A DNA stretch of 64,000 bases from Macrostomum hystrix (lineage: Eukaryota > Animalia > Platyhelminthes): NCBI GenBank assembly GCA_950097015.1, contig CATNEN010000005.1, positions 5,642,001-5,706,000 on the forward strand. Direction: 5' to 3'. Made by a program: the position numbers and the translations under genes. The notes under the pieces are model-generated. The model made no database searches and was not told the origin of the DNA. It saw nothing but the letters and a program-made list of their open reading frames with translations. Shown piece by piece: positions 1-12,568 of the stretch; positions within the stretch are counted from its first letter, which is position 1, and the number at the start of each line of letters is the position of its first letter.

Positions 1-1
1 A

Positions 2-841
2 CAAAAATTCACGCCCAGCCAAGACATAAGAATCTGGCTGACAGCTTTCGACCAAAGGTGCGACACGGAAGGAATCGATGAGGACCACCGAAAGCAAGAG
101 TTACTGGCCAATCTAGACCTATCAACTGCTTTCGCCGCCGTCCAAAGACTGAACCTACCGGAAGAACTCACTTATGACGAGTTTAAGGAAAGATTAATTG
201 AGAGATTTGGAAGACTGGGAAACTCCAGCGAATTCAGGGAAGAGTTCAGAGGTCGGATGCAAGGTCGTAATGAACCTACCGACGCGTTTGCCGACGTCCT
301 GATTGAACTCGCAACCCGAGCCTTTCCGAACATGAATGGTGAACAGAGAGAAGAGGAGGTAGTGGAGCAATTTATCAAGGGAGTCAGAATTCCAGCGGAC
401 ACCCGTGAAAAGCTGATATTTACCCAGCCCGCCAACCTCCAGGAAGCTCGTCGTATGTTGCGCAGGATCGAAGCAGCCTGGCATATGTCTCACAAGTCAA
501 GCGGTGTCCGAGCTGTTAAGAGTGAGGAGGATCGCCAGCTTGATAAATTTGATCTCATCATGAGAGAACAACAAATCGAGATTGAGAGACAAAAGCAGGT
601 TATTCAAGAGCTGAAACAGCGGATTGAAGAACAACAACAGTCACAGCCACAACCGCTGATGAGCCAGCAATTTCAGCCCAGATATCCTGGAAACTCACAG
701 TACCGACCCACGCAGGGACCGCATAACTATGCCAACAGCAGGGGCAGAGGTGGTGGTCAGCCTGGGCCAATGAGAGCTGGACATCAGTACAGTGTGAGCC
801 GTCCACCCCAGTCCCACCGGAACCTGGCCTCGGGAAACTGA
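2..841 (+). CDS. gag: Gag of E1 (N-terminus truncated by window edge)
   Basis: Frame is open from position 2 (QKFTPSQDIRIWLTAFDQRC...YDEFKERLIERFG...MQGRNE). Retrotransposon-Gag-like helical region with a Q/G/R-rich tail; TGA at 839-841. Confidence 0.85.
   Translation, partial: QKFTPSQDIRIWLTAFDQRCDTEGIDEDHRKQELLANLDLSTAFAAVQRLNLPEELTYDEFKERLIERFGRLGNSSEFREEFRGRMQGRNEPTDAFADVLIELATRAFPNMNGEQREEEVVEQFIKGVRIPADTREKLIFTQPANLQEARRMLRRIEAAWHMSHKSSGVRAVKSEEDRQLDKFDLIMREQQIEIERQKQVIQELKQRIEEQQQSQPQPLMSQQFQPRYPGNSQYRPTQGPHNYANSRGRGGGQPGPMRAGHQYSVSRPPQSHRNLASGN
832..838 (+). other. -1 ribosomal frameshift slippery heptamer G_GGA_AAC
   Basis: In-frame X_XXY_YYZ heptamer directly before the gag stop; the pol frame is -1 and is open through it. 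Confidence 0.8.
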
Positions 842-3800
842 GTGCCGAGGTGCGGATGAGGCCACGCCCCTCCAGTCAAGTCCCAGCGAACGTTCAGGCC
901 TCCCAGTTTCGAATTCCGTCCCAGTACAAGTTTTGCTATCCTCGCAAAACGGTACCTGTCTGGAAGGCATGTAAAAACAATGCGATCACACATCATGTGA
1001 TTCCAACATCACCAAATGCGTTTGCGTTACTAGCACCCAATGCGTCAGCACCCAATGCGTCAGCACCCAATGCGTCAGCACCCAATGCGTTAGCACCCAA
1101 TGCGTCAGCACCCAATGCGTCAGTACCCAATGCGTCAGCACCCAATGCGTCAGCACCCAATGCGTCAGCACCCAATGCGTCAGCACCCAATGCGTCAGCA
1201 CCCATTTCCTCAGCCCCCAATGCATGTGATTTTTCCAAAATTGAGAGAAAACCCTGCAAAGCAAAGATGGCGATAAAGAAATCTGCCCCCACAGCCAAAG
1301 TGGAGCTGACCAAGCTGAATGGCTATGAAGCAGTCATCGCTGGAAGTGTCAAGAACCAGTCAGTAGACTTCCTACTAGACACTGGAGCTAGGAACAACTT
1401 CCTTAGCAAATCGACATGGTCAAAAATCTTCAAACCAGACCAAATTCAAGAGACAAACAAGAGAGTGTCCACATTTGATGGTACTCAGGTACAACTAGAA
1501 GGAGAAGTCACAGCTAAAATGAGATTCGGCGACATCAAATTGGAAGTAGAATTCTTGCTTTGTCAGCATGATTGTGACGACATTTTAGGAATGGAGTTCT
1601 TTCTTAGTCACTGTGAAAGCATCCACCTTGCTAAGGGCATGTTGGTACTGAAGAGAGGTACCTGTGTTCCTATGAAGTACACTCGCCTGCCAGTTCGAGT
1701 TTGCCGGGTATATACCCAAGAGAGAGTTGTAATTCCGGCTAATTGTGCACTCAGAATTCCAGTGAAACTCGCCAGAAACAGTGAAGCCAACTATGGCACT
1801 CCTATGACCATCGAGACTATTGGAGATGGAGTGAGAACTAAAGAAGTAACTCTGGAAATGGCACCGACTCTGGTCACGATGCAAGAAGGAGTTGGAATCG
1901 TTGAGATCGTGAATCAACATGCAGTCGATGTCACCCTGTCGAAGTCAGCACTAGTAGGATTGGCGAAACCCATGAAAGTGCAAGAACTTACCTATTGGCA
2001 GCAGTCCATAGAGTCAGAAAGTCAACCTACCGGACGTGTGAATCAGACTCTGACAACAGAGGACGAGTGGATCAACGAAATAAACATCGGCCCTGAATTG
2101 GATGAAGAACAGCGGAAAGCTGTGATCGAATTAATAAAAGAACACAGAGAAGCATTTTCACAGGATGACTTGGACATGGGTTTGACTAATCTTGTTACCC
2201 ATGAGATTTTACTTAATGATAAGACGCCAGTAAGAATCCCAACTCGTCGGATTCCGCCTCATCTGCAAAAGCAAGTAGACGCGCAACTGGACGACATGTT
2301 AGCTAAAAACTTAATTAGGCCCTGTTATACGCCATATTCAACACCTTTAGTGATTGTACCAAAGAAGGATGGGACAATTAGAATCGTGAGTGACTTCCGA
2401 GTGCTCAATTCTCGAGTCAACTACGTGCCATACCCGTTGCCAAACATTCAGGAAACATTCTCACATCTAACAGGCAGTGAGTATTTCAGCAGCCTGGATC
2501 TAAACTCAGGATATTGGCAGGTGCCAATCAAAGAAGAACATAAATACATGACGGCATTTTCAACGCTAAATAGAGGACAATTTGAGTACGAAGTAATGGC
2601 GCAAGGGCTATCGAATGCCCCAGGGACATTTCAAAGATTAATGAATTTAGTACTATTAGGAATTCAACATAAGTTCGCTATGTCTTATATAGACGACATA
2701 ATAACCTATTCCAAACAGTTTGAAGAACACCTAGAACATCTGAAAGAAGTATTCAAAAGATTAATTACGGCAGGATTGAAACTGAGGGCAAAGAAGTGCA
2801 ACTTATTTCACCATGAGTTAAAGTACTTAGGGCACGTTATCGGAAGAGATGGCCTTCGTACTGATGAGGCCAAGATAGAAGCAATTAGAACATGGCCGAA
2901 GCCCAAAGATGTGAAAGAACTGCGTAGCTTTCTTGGTCTATGCAACTAATATTGCCGCTTTGTAAAGAATTACGCTGAAGCAGCTCATCCACTTTTCCAG
3001 CTGACCCGAAAAAGTGTCCAGCAATTCCAGTCTAAATGGAATGAAGTGCATGACCAAGCGTTTGAGTCTCTGAAACAACGAATGATGTCCACAGAAGTCC
3101 TAGCATACCCTGAATTTGTCGACGATGAAAAAGTAAGAATGATCTTAGACACTGATGCCAGCGATGGACGCATTGGAGCCTGCCTTGGCCAAATCCAATC
3201 AGACGGCATAGAAAGACCAATTGCTTATTTTAGTCGTGCGATGAAAGAGTCAGAGAAACGTTACCCCATTACCCGGAAAGAACTGTTAGCCCTTGTCGAT
3301 GCAATGAAGCACTTCAGGTTTTACCTGATTGGAAAACGATTCCTGGCCCGAACAGATCATAAAGCGATCCTTTGGCTATTGAAACAGACGGAAGCGACAG
3401 GGATTCTTGGTCGTTGGGTGGAGCGCCTAAGTGAATTCCAGTTTGATCTCGGCGCAAAACATTCCAACGCGGACAGTCTGTCCAGAAGACCAGCTGAAAC
3501 TGTGGAAGTAGGCCAAGAGGAGAATCAAGGAGAGACCCCAGCGACAACCTCAGTCGAAAAAGAGAACCCGGCCCTAGCTGTCAAGAGTGAAAGTGTGGAA
3601 CAGCCTAGCAAAGATGGAGAGACCCAGACTCCTCATCCCATTGCAAGGATCGAGTCAATTGTCTCCGGTGATGAAGGTGAAATGAGCGATCAGGAGGCCT
3701 CGAACGACTCATGTGTACTACAGCCGAGTCTGCCAAACGATCAATCAAATCACAAACCAGCCACACCCAACTCAGAGAATTTCAAATGTGAAGCCCTACT

Positions 3801-5635
3801 GACCGATTTCCTACCCGTTCCCCTAAAGCGAGAACAGATTCTGGAAGCCCAAGGAGCTGACCCAGTAATCTCTAAACTGATTGAGTGGAAGACTGAAGGT
3901 CTGACCCACGTCTCCATTCCACGTAATGTGTCCCCCGAGTTAAAGAAAATGAGTAAGAAATTCGACGCCATGAAGATTGACCGCGACATATTGCTCATCG
4001 AAGAAGATGAAAAATGGAAAGTAGTGTTGCCATCATCACTGGACAAACAAGTACTAAGCGATTTACACAGCAGCCCATTAGCTGGACATCTCGGAAGAGA
4101 TAAGACAACCCAGAGAGTCCGTGAAAGATTCTGGAGACCAGGCTTAAGTACTGCTGTCGAAAAGTACATTGCCGAATGCATTCCGTGTCTGGAAAGCAAA
4201 ACCAGCAACTACATCCAGGCACCGATTCAATATTTTCCCATCAGCGAGCCCTTCTATCGCTGCCATGTAGACATTATCGGTCCTTTGTCAAAAGAAAGTA
4301 AAAGAGAACATAAGTATGTACTGACTGTGGTAGACAGTACAACATGTTACCCCTTTGTTTTTCCGATCAGGAATCAGAAATCGGACACCGTAATCAAAAT
4401 ATTGCAAGAACGAATATTCTCCGAGTATGGCCAATGCCATTGGATACATACTGATAACGGAAAGACTTTTACCAGCAAACAATTCAAGGCATTCTGCAAC
4501 CTTTACAACTTGAAACACACATGCACCACGCCATATCATGCGCAATGGTCTTGTGGAAAGGTTTAATAAGCAGATCAAGTCCATTATTACTTGTTTGATC
4601 GAGAAAGATCACAGTAACTGGGATTTGATGATTCCTGCCGCCCTAGTTGCTGTCCGCACTAGTGTCAACAAAACAACTGGTTTTACACCCCACTTCCTGT
4701 TGTTTGGCAGAGAAGCTGTAATGCCGTTAGACAGCCAAATCAAAGAAGCAGTCGAACATGCCGATTATCCATCGTACATCGCCAAACATGCTGAAAGGTT
4801 AGTCGAAGCTCAGGAGATTGTGAAAAGAAAACTAGAGGGAGTAGTCAGCAAAAGGCAGATAGCAGCAGAAATTAACAAACCACCGAAAGAAGTTCCCATC
4901 GGATGCCTAGTGTTAATTAATAACCCACAACTGAACAGTGAAGAATCACACAAGTTTCATCGGAAGAAAAGATCCGCCTTTCGAGTGCTCAACAAGATTT
5001 CAGAGGTAGTTTTTCGAGTGCAGAAAGAAGAGAATGGAATTCGTAGTGGCAACGTAACGTTGGTCCACCGAGACAATTTAATGCCCATTCCTAATTCAAC
5101 CACAGATGTAACAAATAAGGGAAGCCAGGAGGGCTCCTCAGCCAGCAAGAAAGGACAGAAAATTAAGGGAAGCCACCCCAGAGCACAGAAACAAATAATT
5201 TGCATTGAATCGGAAGAGTCATCATCGGAGGATGAAATTAATTGGCATTGCGATATCCGCAGCGAAGCCACAGAAGAAATAAATGAAGAAACAGAGGAAT
5301 CCGCGATTGAAGAAGAATCTGAAGAGACGGACAATGAAGATGAGCTTATTAACGAAGAAGACATCAAAGTTGGAGCTGAAATAGAAGTAGGAGAAGAATT
5401 ATCTAGTGAAATTGAGCCGGCAGTAATTGCAGAGGCTGAGTCAGACAATGCCGAGATTGAAAGAGAGGGCGGAATAATCGATAAGGAGCCAGCACACACA
5501 GAACAAGAAAGAGAGGCCGCCCACCCCACTCAACGATATAATTTACGACAACAACCAAGGGGTACGGCACAGTGTGGTTGTCACCTAAAGAGGTTGTTGT
5601 CCACTCTCACCTTCTTAGGGAGCATTAAAATCTAA
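838..5635 (+). pseudogene. pol: Pol of E1 (protease, RT, RNase H, integrase) with a nonsense codon and a frameshift
   Basis: FLLDTGA protease; RIVSDFRVLN and YIDD RT; LDTDAS RNase H; HHCC zinc finger and HVDIIG...HTDNG...ERFN integrase. In-frame TAA at 2947-2949; frameshift near 4545. Confidence 0.93.
1033..1227 (+). repeat. 15-bp in-frame tandem repeat (APNAS)n upstream of the protease
   Basis: About 12 copies of gcacccaatgcgtca. Confidence 0.95.
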
Positions 5636-5642
5636 GCTAAAC

Positions 5643-5770
5643 AAAGAAAGAAGGGGTCTATGTACATAAGGCAGAGAAAGAGAAGGGGTTGTTGCGGCCA
5701 ATGGAAACCCAGTAGCTATTGAAAAGGAAGGAACTATTACGTAACCCCCCTCTTCAGAACTCTATATAAA
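5643..5770 (+). promoter_or_regulatory. Purine tract followed by TGTACA and a TATA box (3' LTR start or internal promoter)
   Basis: aaagaaagaagggg at 5643-5656, TGTACA at 5661, TATATAAA at 5763-5770. Confidence 0.5.
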
Positions 5771-8329
5771 CAGAGCCCCTGTGGCGTAAAGAAGTCAATT
5801 GTTTTCTCGTATTGAGAAATCTCAGCTTTCTAATGGTTGGGTCTTTTACAAGCCGATGACCGCCCTGGTGAAAGATGGGAGTGTGGAAAACGACGATGGA
5901 GTCGGAAGTCGATCGCGCTGCTGCCGCGAGTTGTCGCGGAGAGGGATGAGACGAAGGGAGGGATGAAGGGAGAGATGAAGGGAGAGATGAGGCGGTACAA
6001 AGGATGCAGGGAGTGGTCCTATTGGCCTCAGGCTGGCCAGTCCCACTCGTCCCATAGGCCACAGGCATGACTGCCGTGCCTACCCCTAGCAATGCTCGAA
6101 CCCGGCTAAAAGTCTAAGAAGAGGGTCGGACTGCCCGGAATCGGACAGGGCAGGGCTAACTAGTCTACTGCCGTCAGTAGCATGTAAGTAACTGACTCCT
6201 AAACTTGGTAGCGGTGGTCGAAACGGCCCAGGCTCTTGTCACAGAAATGCGGAAAGGCTATTGGCAAAGCGGAAAATGATCTCGGGTAGCGCCACCACCC
6301 AATGCGCCTACGTTGCCACCGCAGACATTTGGGAACTTGGGTCCCCGGAGTACACAGCTCCTAGTTTATCACGCAGATCTAGACAAGCCGAAAAATAGGG
6401 CATTCTGCAACTTCCGTTTTAGACTGAGGTGAGAGCCCCAGAATGGATCGAGACACGCCACAAAAGGGGATTCCTGAATTCGCGCTACAGGGGTCTAGAA
6501 AGGTGGTACTAAGAACTCGAATGAAAATCCATAGCCAGAATCCTACTCATGGAACATCAGGCACATTCCTTACATTAGATTGCAGCCTACACATTAGGTA
6601 ACTAACAAATCCGAATCTGTGTGAGATGAGGAAATCAGAGGCAGGAGAGATTAAGCAGAACACTGGCTGAGTGATTATGCAAGCGATGATTATTAGATCA
6701 CACCTCTCGCTCCCATGGCCGCGGTTGCGAGAGGCGGGGAATAGAAGGAGAATTCAATTGGCAAAGGAGTTTGACGCGCACACTGGAATCCGCCAGTGAG
6801 TGAGGAAAGCCGGCCAAGGAATTCCCCGCCCCTAGGCAGCAATGCACACGCTACATTCCGCATTTTACTCGCAAATCCCTTGCTCCTTATTACTCTCATG
6901 CGCGCCTACAGTTGTCTTCCTGCCGCAGCTTTCAGCTCGGCATCACCAGAGCCCACCCCCTAATGAGTTAGCCACTCATGATCGAGGGCTGTCTAGCAAT
7001 GAAATGAAAGCGAAGGAGAGACATAGTAAAAGGAATTAAGTTGTTGTAAAATTAAGCCCAATAAGTTAAATGATAGCGGTGATTAGAAAGTTTATTAGGC
7101 TAAACAAATCCCTAGTTTCCCTCCCACTAATTGCCGCCTAACCTAAAGTGTTAGTCCCTTAGGAGTAATAATTACGAAACCGCTGCGCGGGTTACTTATC
7201 TGAGTGCCGGCTGGCCGCGTGCTGCAGTCCCGTCGTTCTCGGGGAGAAAGGATGGGCAAAACAGCAAGGCAGAGAGAGGGTAAACTGAAGTGAGCTGGCA
7301 GGGGCCAACACACCAAAGGAGCTCTAAGGCTCAATTTAGCGCCCACCTAAAGAGGTGGCTTGCTTCTAATGGACGAGGAGCAGGCAATGAGCCTGTGAAC
7401 GCTTGTCTGAGCTTATAGCTCTGGGTCTAAGCCCTAAGTGCCCGAGCAACATTTTTACGTTGCCCATGGGTCTCCCGTACGTAACTACATCACCAATTTT
7501 CAACATGCATTTTAGTTCCCTTTTTACTTTACTAGTGATCGATAATACTGTGCTTTATAGGAAGTATATGCTAAACGAGAATTTCAGCATGTCTTAGTTA
7601 GCTTTTTGGGACCTAGAAAAAATAGGTTCCATAGAATACGAAACAGATTCGTATAAGAGAACGCGTACAAAAACCAAGACGAAAGAAAATTTAATTTATG
7701 GGATATTGCAAGAAAAATAATTAAAGAAATAAATAAAATAGTTTTGGAAATGTAATTAATAATATTGTGTATAGATTTTTGAATTACAAATTCAGATTTG
7801 TTTGTGTTGAAAAAATTTAAACCACTTTTCGTGCGTGTCTCGCTGTCTCAAAATTTTCCGCTTTCCGTTACACCTTTACCATCTGAATTAGAAATAATTA
7901 ATTCTAATAATTAGAATTATTACTTATTCTCAGCAACACTTGGTGGTGTAATTCAAATTGTAATAGCAAATAATAGTTACATAAGCTAGTAAAATCCGAA
8001 GCACTATTCTTTATGTTAAATCTGTTTTTCTTTACTAGTTTACATGCCATGACTACATTTTAGTATTTCTCCATACAATAGGCCTACAATGTCAATTTTT
8101 TATAATGTAATTTATCAATTGGGTAGTTAGTTAGTGTTAGTGATAACACTGATAATTGTAACTAGCTAGGTATAATAATAACTGATTTCACAGTTTGCAA
8201 TACAGTATAAATTTAAAGTGACTTTTATTGAGAACTAATTTTCTAATTTTCATAAACATCTTTAATTTGTCTCTTCAAGGCTTATACTTATAGAAAACCT
8301 AGTCACTGAACAATGCAGTCATTCAAACA

Positions 8330-10408
8330 GCAATCCAAAAGTTTGATGAAAATATGTGTTGTCACAAATTCTAGTAGCAGTGAAGATGACACAATTGATC
8401 AGCAAGACATCATCATGGCTGAATACCACAATCAAGAAGTTGAATGATGATCAAGAATCAAATTTACAACCTAGAGAGCAAGATCAGAGTGACAATGGGC
8501 CTATAAACTGGGAGCAAACAGTTAGAAATCTTGAAGAGAGTGACAATGATTCAGTAGGCCTAGCATCTAATATTGATTGTGAAGATGATTCAGATTCAGA
8601 AAGACTCAAGTGCTGATGATGACAGTTTTGAATAAGACCTTGATTTAGCTAATAGACTTCGAAGCGTTTTTATTGACCACAATGTTACTCATGCTGCAAT
8701 CAAAGATATGCTGAAAGTTTTAAAACCATATCACCCTATGCTGCCAACAGATCCTCGAACTTTGCTTCAGTGTAAAGGCAAATCAAATCTAGTTGATGTC
8801 CAACCAGGAAAATATCAACATTTTGGTGTTGAAAATGGTATTAGTGAAGTTTTTAAGTTAAAAGAACAAGATAATACTATTTTTAATTTGGATGAAATAC
8901 ACATAATACTTTGTGTCGATGGATTGCCAATTTTTAATAGTTCTGTCAGTGGTTTTTGGCCTATTGTTGCTGCATTATCTAATATTCCTTCATCTACATT
9001 TCTTGTTGGTCTATATTATGGAGAGAAAAAGCCCCAGAGTGCTGAAGAATTTCTTCGACCACTTATTGCTGAGTTGCAAGTCCTTGCTTCTGGCAAATGT
9101 TTTCTTGGGAAAAAACGCAAGGTTATTCTAGACTATGTCATATGTGACACTCCAGCTCGTAGATTTGTTAAATGTGTAAAGGCACATAGTGCATTCTTTG
9201 GCTGTGACCATTGTGAACAAAAAGGTACCACTGAATATGTTCAGACCCTGAACAAGGGAAGGGCAGTAGTTTTTCTTGAACTTGATGCTGCTATTCGAAC
9301 TGATAGTTCATTTCGTTTGAAGTTGCAACCAGAGCACCACGATGCAGCCTCACCTTTTGAGGATCTAGCTATAGATATGGTCAATGGCTTTCCTTGTGAT
9401 CCTATGCATTTACTTTATCGTGGCATTGGCCCTATGCTTTTAAAGCTTCTGAAATAAGGACCCAAGCCATTTAAAGTATCCCAAGGAATTATTAGTCAGA
9501 TAGACAGGTTGTTATTACACATTCGGCTTTATATCCCTAGTGACTTTTCTCGTAAGCCATCTCTTCTACAGCACTTAGGAATGTGGAAAGCTACTGTTGT
9601 CCGCCAGTTTTTTTGTACTTGGCCCCTTTCATTTTTAGCTCAACAGTAGAAAATCTAGAATTTCAAAGCCTATTGTTGTCATTTCATGTAATTGTAACTT
9701 TGCTTAACATTAAGGATCTTAGTGGTGAATATATTGCGTCAGCTTTGTCGCAGCTTCATAACAGGAGGCATCCAATTGTTTGGTTGTCAATTTGCTGTGT
9801 ACAATGTTCATTCATTGTTACACTTGGTTGAGGATGTTCTTGCCCACAATAATATAGATGAAGTCAGCTGCTTCCAGTTTGAAAATTTCATGCGCTTTGT
9901 GAAGCGGCTAGTGCGAACGCCAAATTTGCCACTTCAGCAAGCAGTTGCCAGAGTATTTGAACAAGGTCAATGTTTAGGTCAGTGCAAGCCAACCTCTTCA
10001 AAACTTGAACTCTCTAAGGAGCATAGCAGCAATGTGCTTCCTATAGATACAAATGTCAGTGATGTGTGCCAATTTAAGTGTTAGAACTTTGGCTTCACTT
10101 GCATCAGACTAGGGCGCCGTGATAGCAATATTAGCACTCAAAATGAAAATGTTCTCAAAGTATGCAACATTATAAAAGATGCTCATGGTATCTGGTTGGT
10201 TGCTCAACGGTTTACAGAAAAGCGCTCTTTTTACAACTGTGTGCTTAGCTCCTCTGACTTAGGAATACTTGGAGTGCGAAATCTGTCAAAAAAACTAACT
10301 AAGGTTAACTTGTCTAATGTATATGCCAAAGTAATGGCCATTCCACTGCATGAAACATTCAATGAATGGATGACCTGCCCACTAAGGCATACTGAAGGTC
10401 TATTTTAG
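8330..10408 (+). pseudogene. CMC/EnSpm-type transposase, disrupted
   Basis: LPTDPRTLL, LCVDGLP...FWPI, VICDTPAR..VK..H..FFGCDHC, DPMHLLY, YNVHSLLHL and FENF motifs. Split by stops and frameshifts at about 8616, 9457, 9600 and 10084. Confidence 0.85.
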
Positions 10409-10491
10409 GTGCAAGCATTCCTTGATGTACAAGTTAGATCTTTAAATTATTATCTTGCTTGCCCAGGCCCTTAGTATTTTATTTCAGTACA

Positions 10492-12568
10492 ATGAAGCGA
10501 TTTGCTCTTGCTGAGTTTGATGATGGCTCAGTTGTGTTGCCACTCACCTGGTTAGCTAATGATAAGCAAACTGCTTTTCTACCTAACAATTTTCATGATG
10601 CTCTAAATGCATCTTTCTTACGTCTTGTGAAAAAAAGTGCCGAAGTAGGCAAGGACTAGCCCTCATTTAATGTCTTAAAAATCCACTTGGAAAACGGTAT
10701 GTTAATGTTTAAAATATTGTATTTTTGTTACATTTTATGTTTTTTAAACTATCTAATGTGTCCAATACTTAATTTAGACGACTTAGAGTACCTGCTTTAC
10801 CGTCTGCGACGCTCCAAAGACTCTGGGACGTTTTCGGACACAGACACAAGTTCTAAGCGAAAGCGACGATCTGTTGAATATTTTATTGACTCCAACACTA
10901 CTAGCACTACACCTAAGCAAGCAAAAAAGTGTCCAACCTTTGTTTGTCCGTCTCCACCTACTGGTTGCTCACTTAAATCAGCTGCTGCATCGTCCTCACA
11001 TAAGGAGCAGACTGTTGGTGCTTCTGACCTCCCGCAAGCCTGTGCTACTAATTCTGCCTTTCAACAAGCTGGTGCTGCTTCTCCTGCTCGTCCGCAAGCT
11101 AGCTCTGCTTTTGCTCGTCCGCAAGCTGGTGCTGCTTCTCCTGCTCGTCCGCAAGCTGGTGCTGCTTCTCCTGCTCGTCCGCAAGCTGGTGCTGCTTCTC
11201 CTGCTCGTCCGCAAGCGAGCTCTGCTTCAGCTCGTCCGCAAGCTAGCTCTGCTTCAGCTCGTCCGCAAGCTAGCTCTGCTTCTGCTCGTCCGCAAGCTAG
11301 CTCTGCTTCAGCTCGTCCGCAAGCTAGCTCTGCTTCTGCTCGTCCGCAAGCTAGCTCTGCTTCAGCTCGTCCGCAAGCTAGCTCTGCTTCAGCTCGTCCG
11401 CAAGCTAGCTCTGCTTCAGCTCGTCCACTGGCTGGTGCTGCTTCTACTGCTCATTCACTAGCTGCCCTATCTGCTCGTCTGGAGCCAGCGGCATCTACTT
11501 CAACAGCTCCGTGTCATTGCAAGCATCTTGAAAGTAAGTCGTTCAGCATTTGTGTCACCACTGACCTTGTATTGCATTTTGATTATTTACAATTTCACTG
11601 ACTATTATATTACAGAATGGATAGGCCTCCTACTTGAGCATATACTCGAGCTCAAGACTCTAGTTGCAAGTGGAAGACAGCAAATCGACATCCCAGATTC
11701 TCTAACCATGTTGCCCGTCCGAACGCGCAGAGCTTTCGAGGCTTTCTCACAGTTGCTAGATGAAAAAGAAGACGTCCGTGCCGAATACGTAAGTTGATTG
11801 TAAGCAGCTAATTACGCTGCCGCCGATTTCTTTATGTACTTAATTAGGCCATTTATATTACCAGATCAAGATCGGAAAAATGTAATAAATATATAATTAT
11901 ACTATTTTTTTGTTTTAGATTCAATACTGCATTGCTAAGTCTGATATACCGAAGCTGACTGACGCAGTAGTTTCAATGCTGGAGTTCACAGCAAGGCCAG
12001 GCGTTCTAAAACATTTCAACATTCAGGGCCGTCGAGGCAAGGCTAGATTGCCCCAACCAACTGTGGAGTGCCTATCAAGTGAGTTTCTGTAGTGTTGAGG
12101 CAACTTTGAAGATATTATGCACTAAAAATATTGATACAATTATAACATTAATTTGCAGAGATTATCACTGAGAGAAAGCATTTTAAGCGTCAATTAGGAA
12201 CTACTACTCTGTCTGCATTTATCGGAGGAATATTGAAGCGGATGACAAAGAGGGCGGAGCGTCTAGGAGAGACAATAGATGACGATCGTGACAACGAGAC
12301 GAGAGAAGATGATGAGCGGGGCGACGATACCAACGATGAAGAGAAGATGGATGAGGAAGACGGCGGGAGCATGGAGCCGGGCGATGATCGCGACGAGGAA
12401 AAAGACCGCGGCAGCGTGGAGTCGGACTATGATGGCGACGAGGAAGAAGACCGCGGCAGCATGGAGCCGGACGATGATGGCGACGAGGAAGAAGACCGCG
12501 GCAGCGTGGAGCCGGACGATGATGGCGACGAGGGTAATGACGACGGCAGTAAGGAGGCCGGACAATAA
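10492..12568 (+). pseudogene. Second, intron-containing gene of the EnSpm element (TnpA/DUF4806-like accessory gene)
   Basis: ATG at 10492 (MKRFALAEFDDGSVVLPLTW...), in-frame TAG at 10657, several GT-AG introns, low-complexity middle and acidic tail. Family assignment is inferred from position and layout. Confidence 0.5.
11068..11445 (+). repeat. 30-bp and 27-bp coding tandem repeats (AGAASPARPQ / ASSASARPQ)
   Basis: Direct reading of the repeat units. Confidence 0.9.

Noticed and set aside
6208-6220. tRNA-iMet-like PBS (TGGTAGCGGTGG; TGGTAGCAGTGG at ~26389)
   Set aside because: Mid-LTR, opposite strand to E3, and not next to an LTR end.
6853-6868. Match cattccgcattttact between the LTR and the MULE TIR
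   Set aside because: Short, with no flanking homology; likely chance.
5661-7489. Simple 1.83-kb LTR with TGTA...TACA ends
   Set aside because: The TACA at 7489 lies inside the EnSpm left end; TIRs and TSDs give a better parse.
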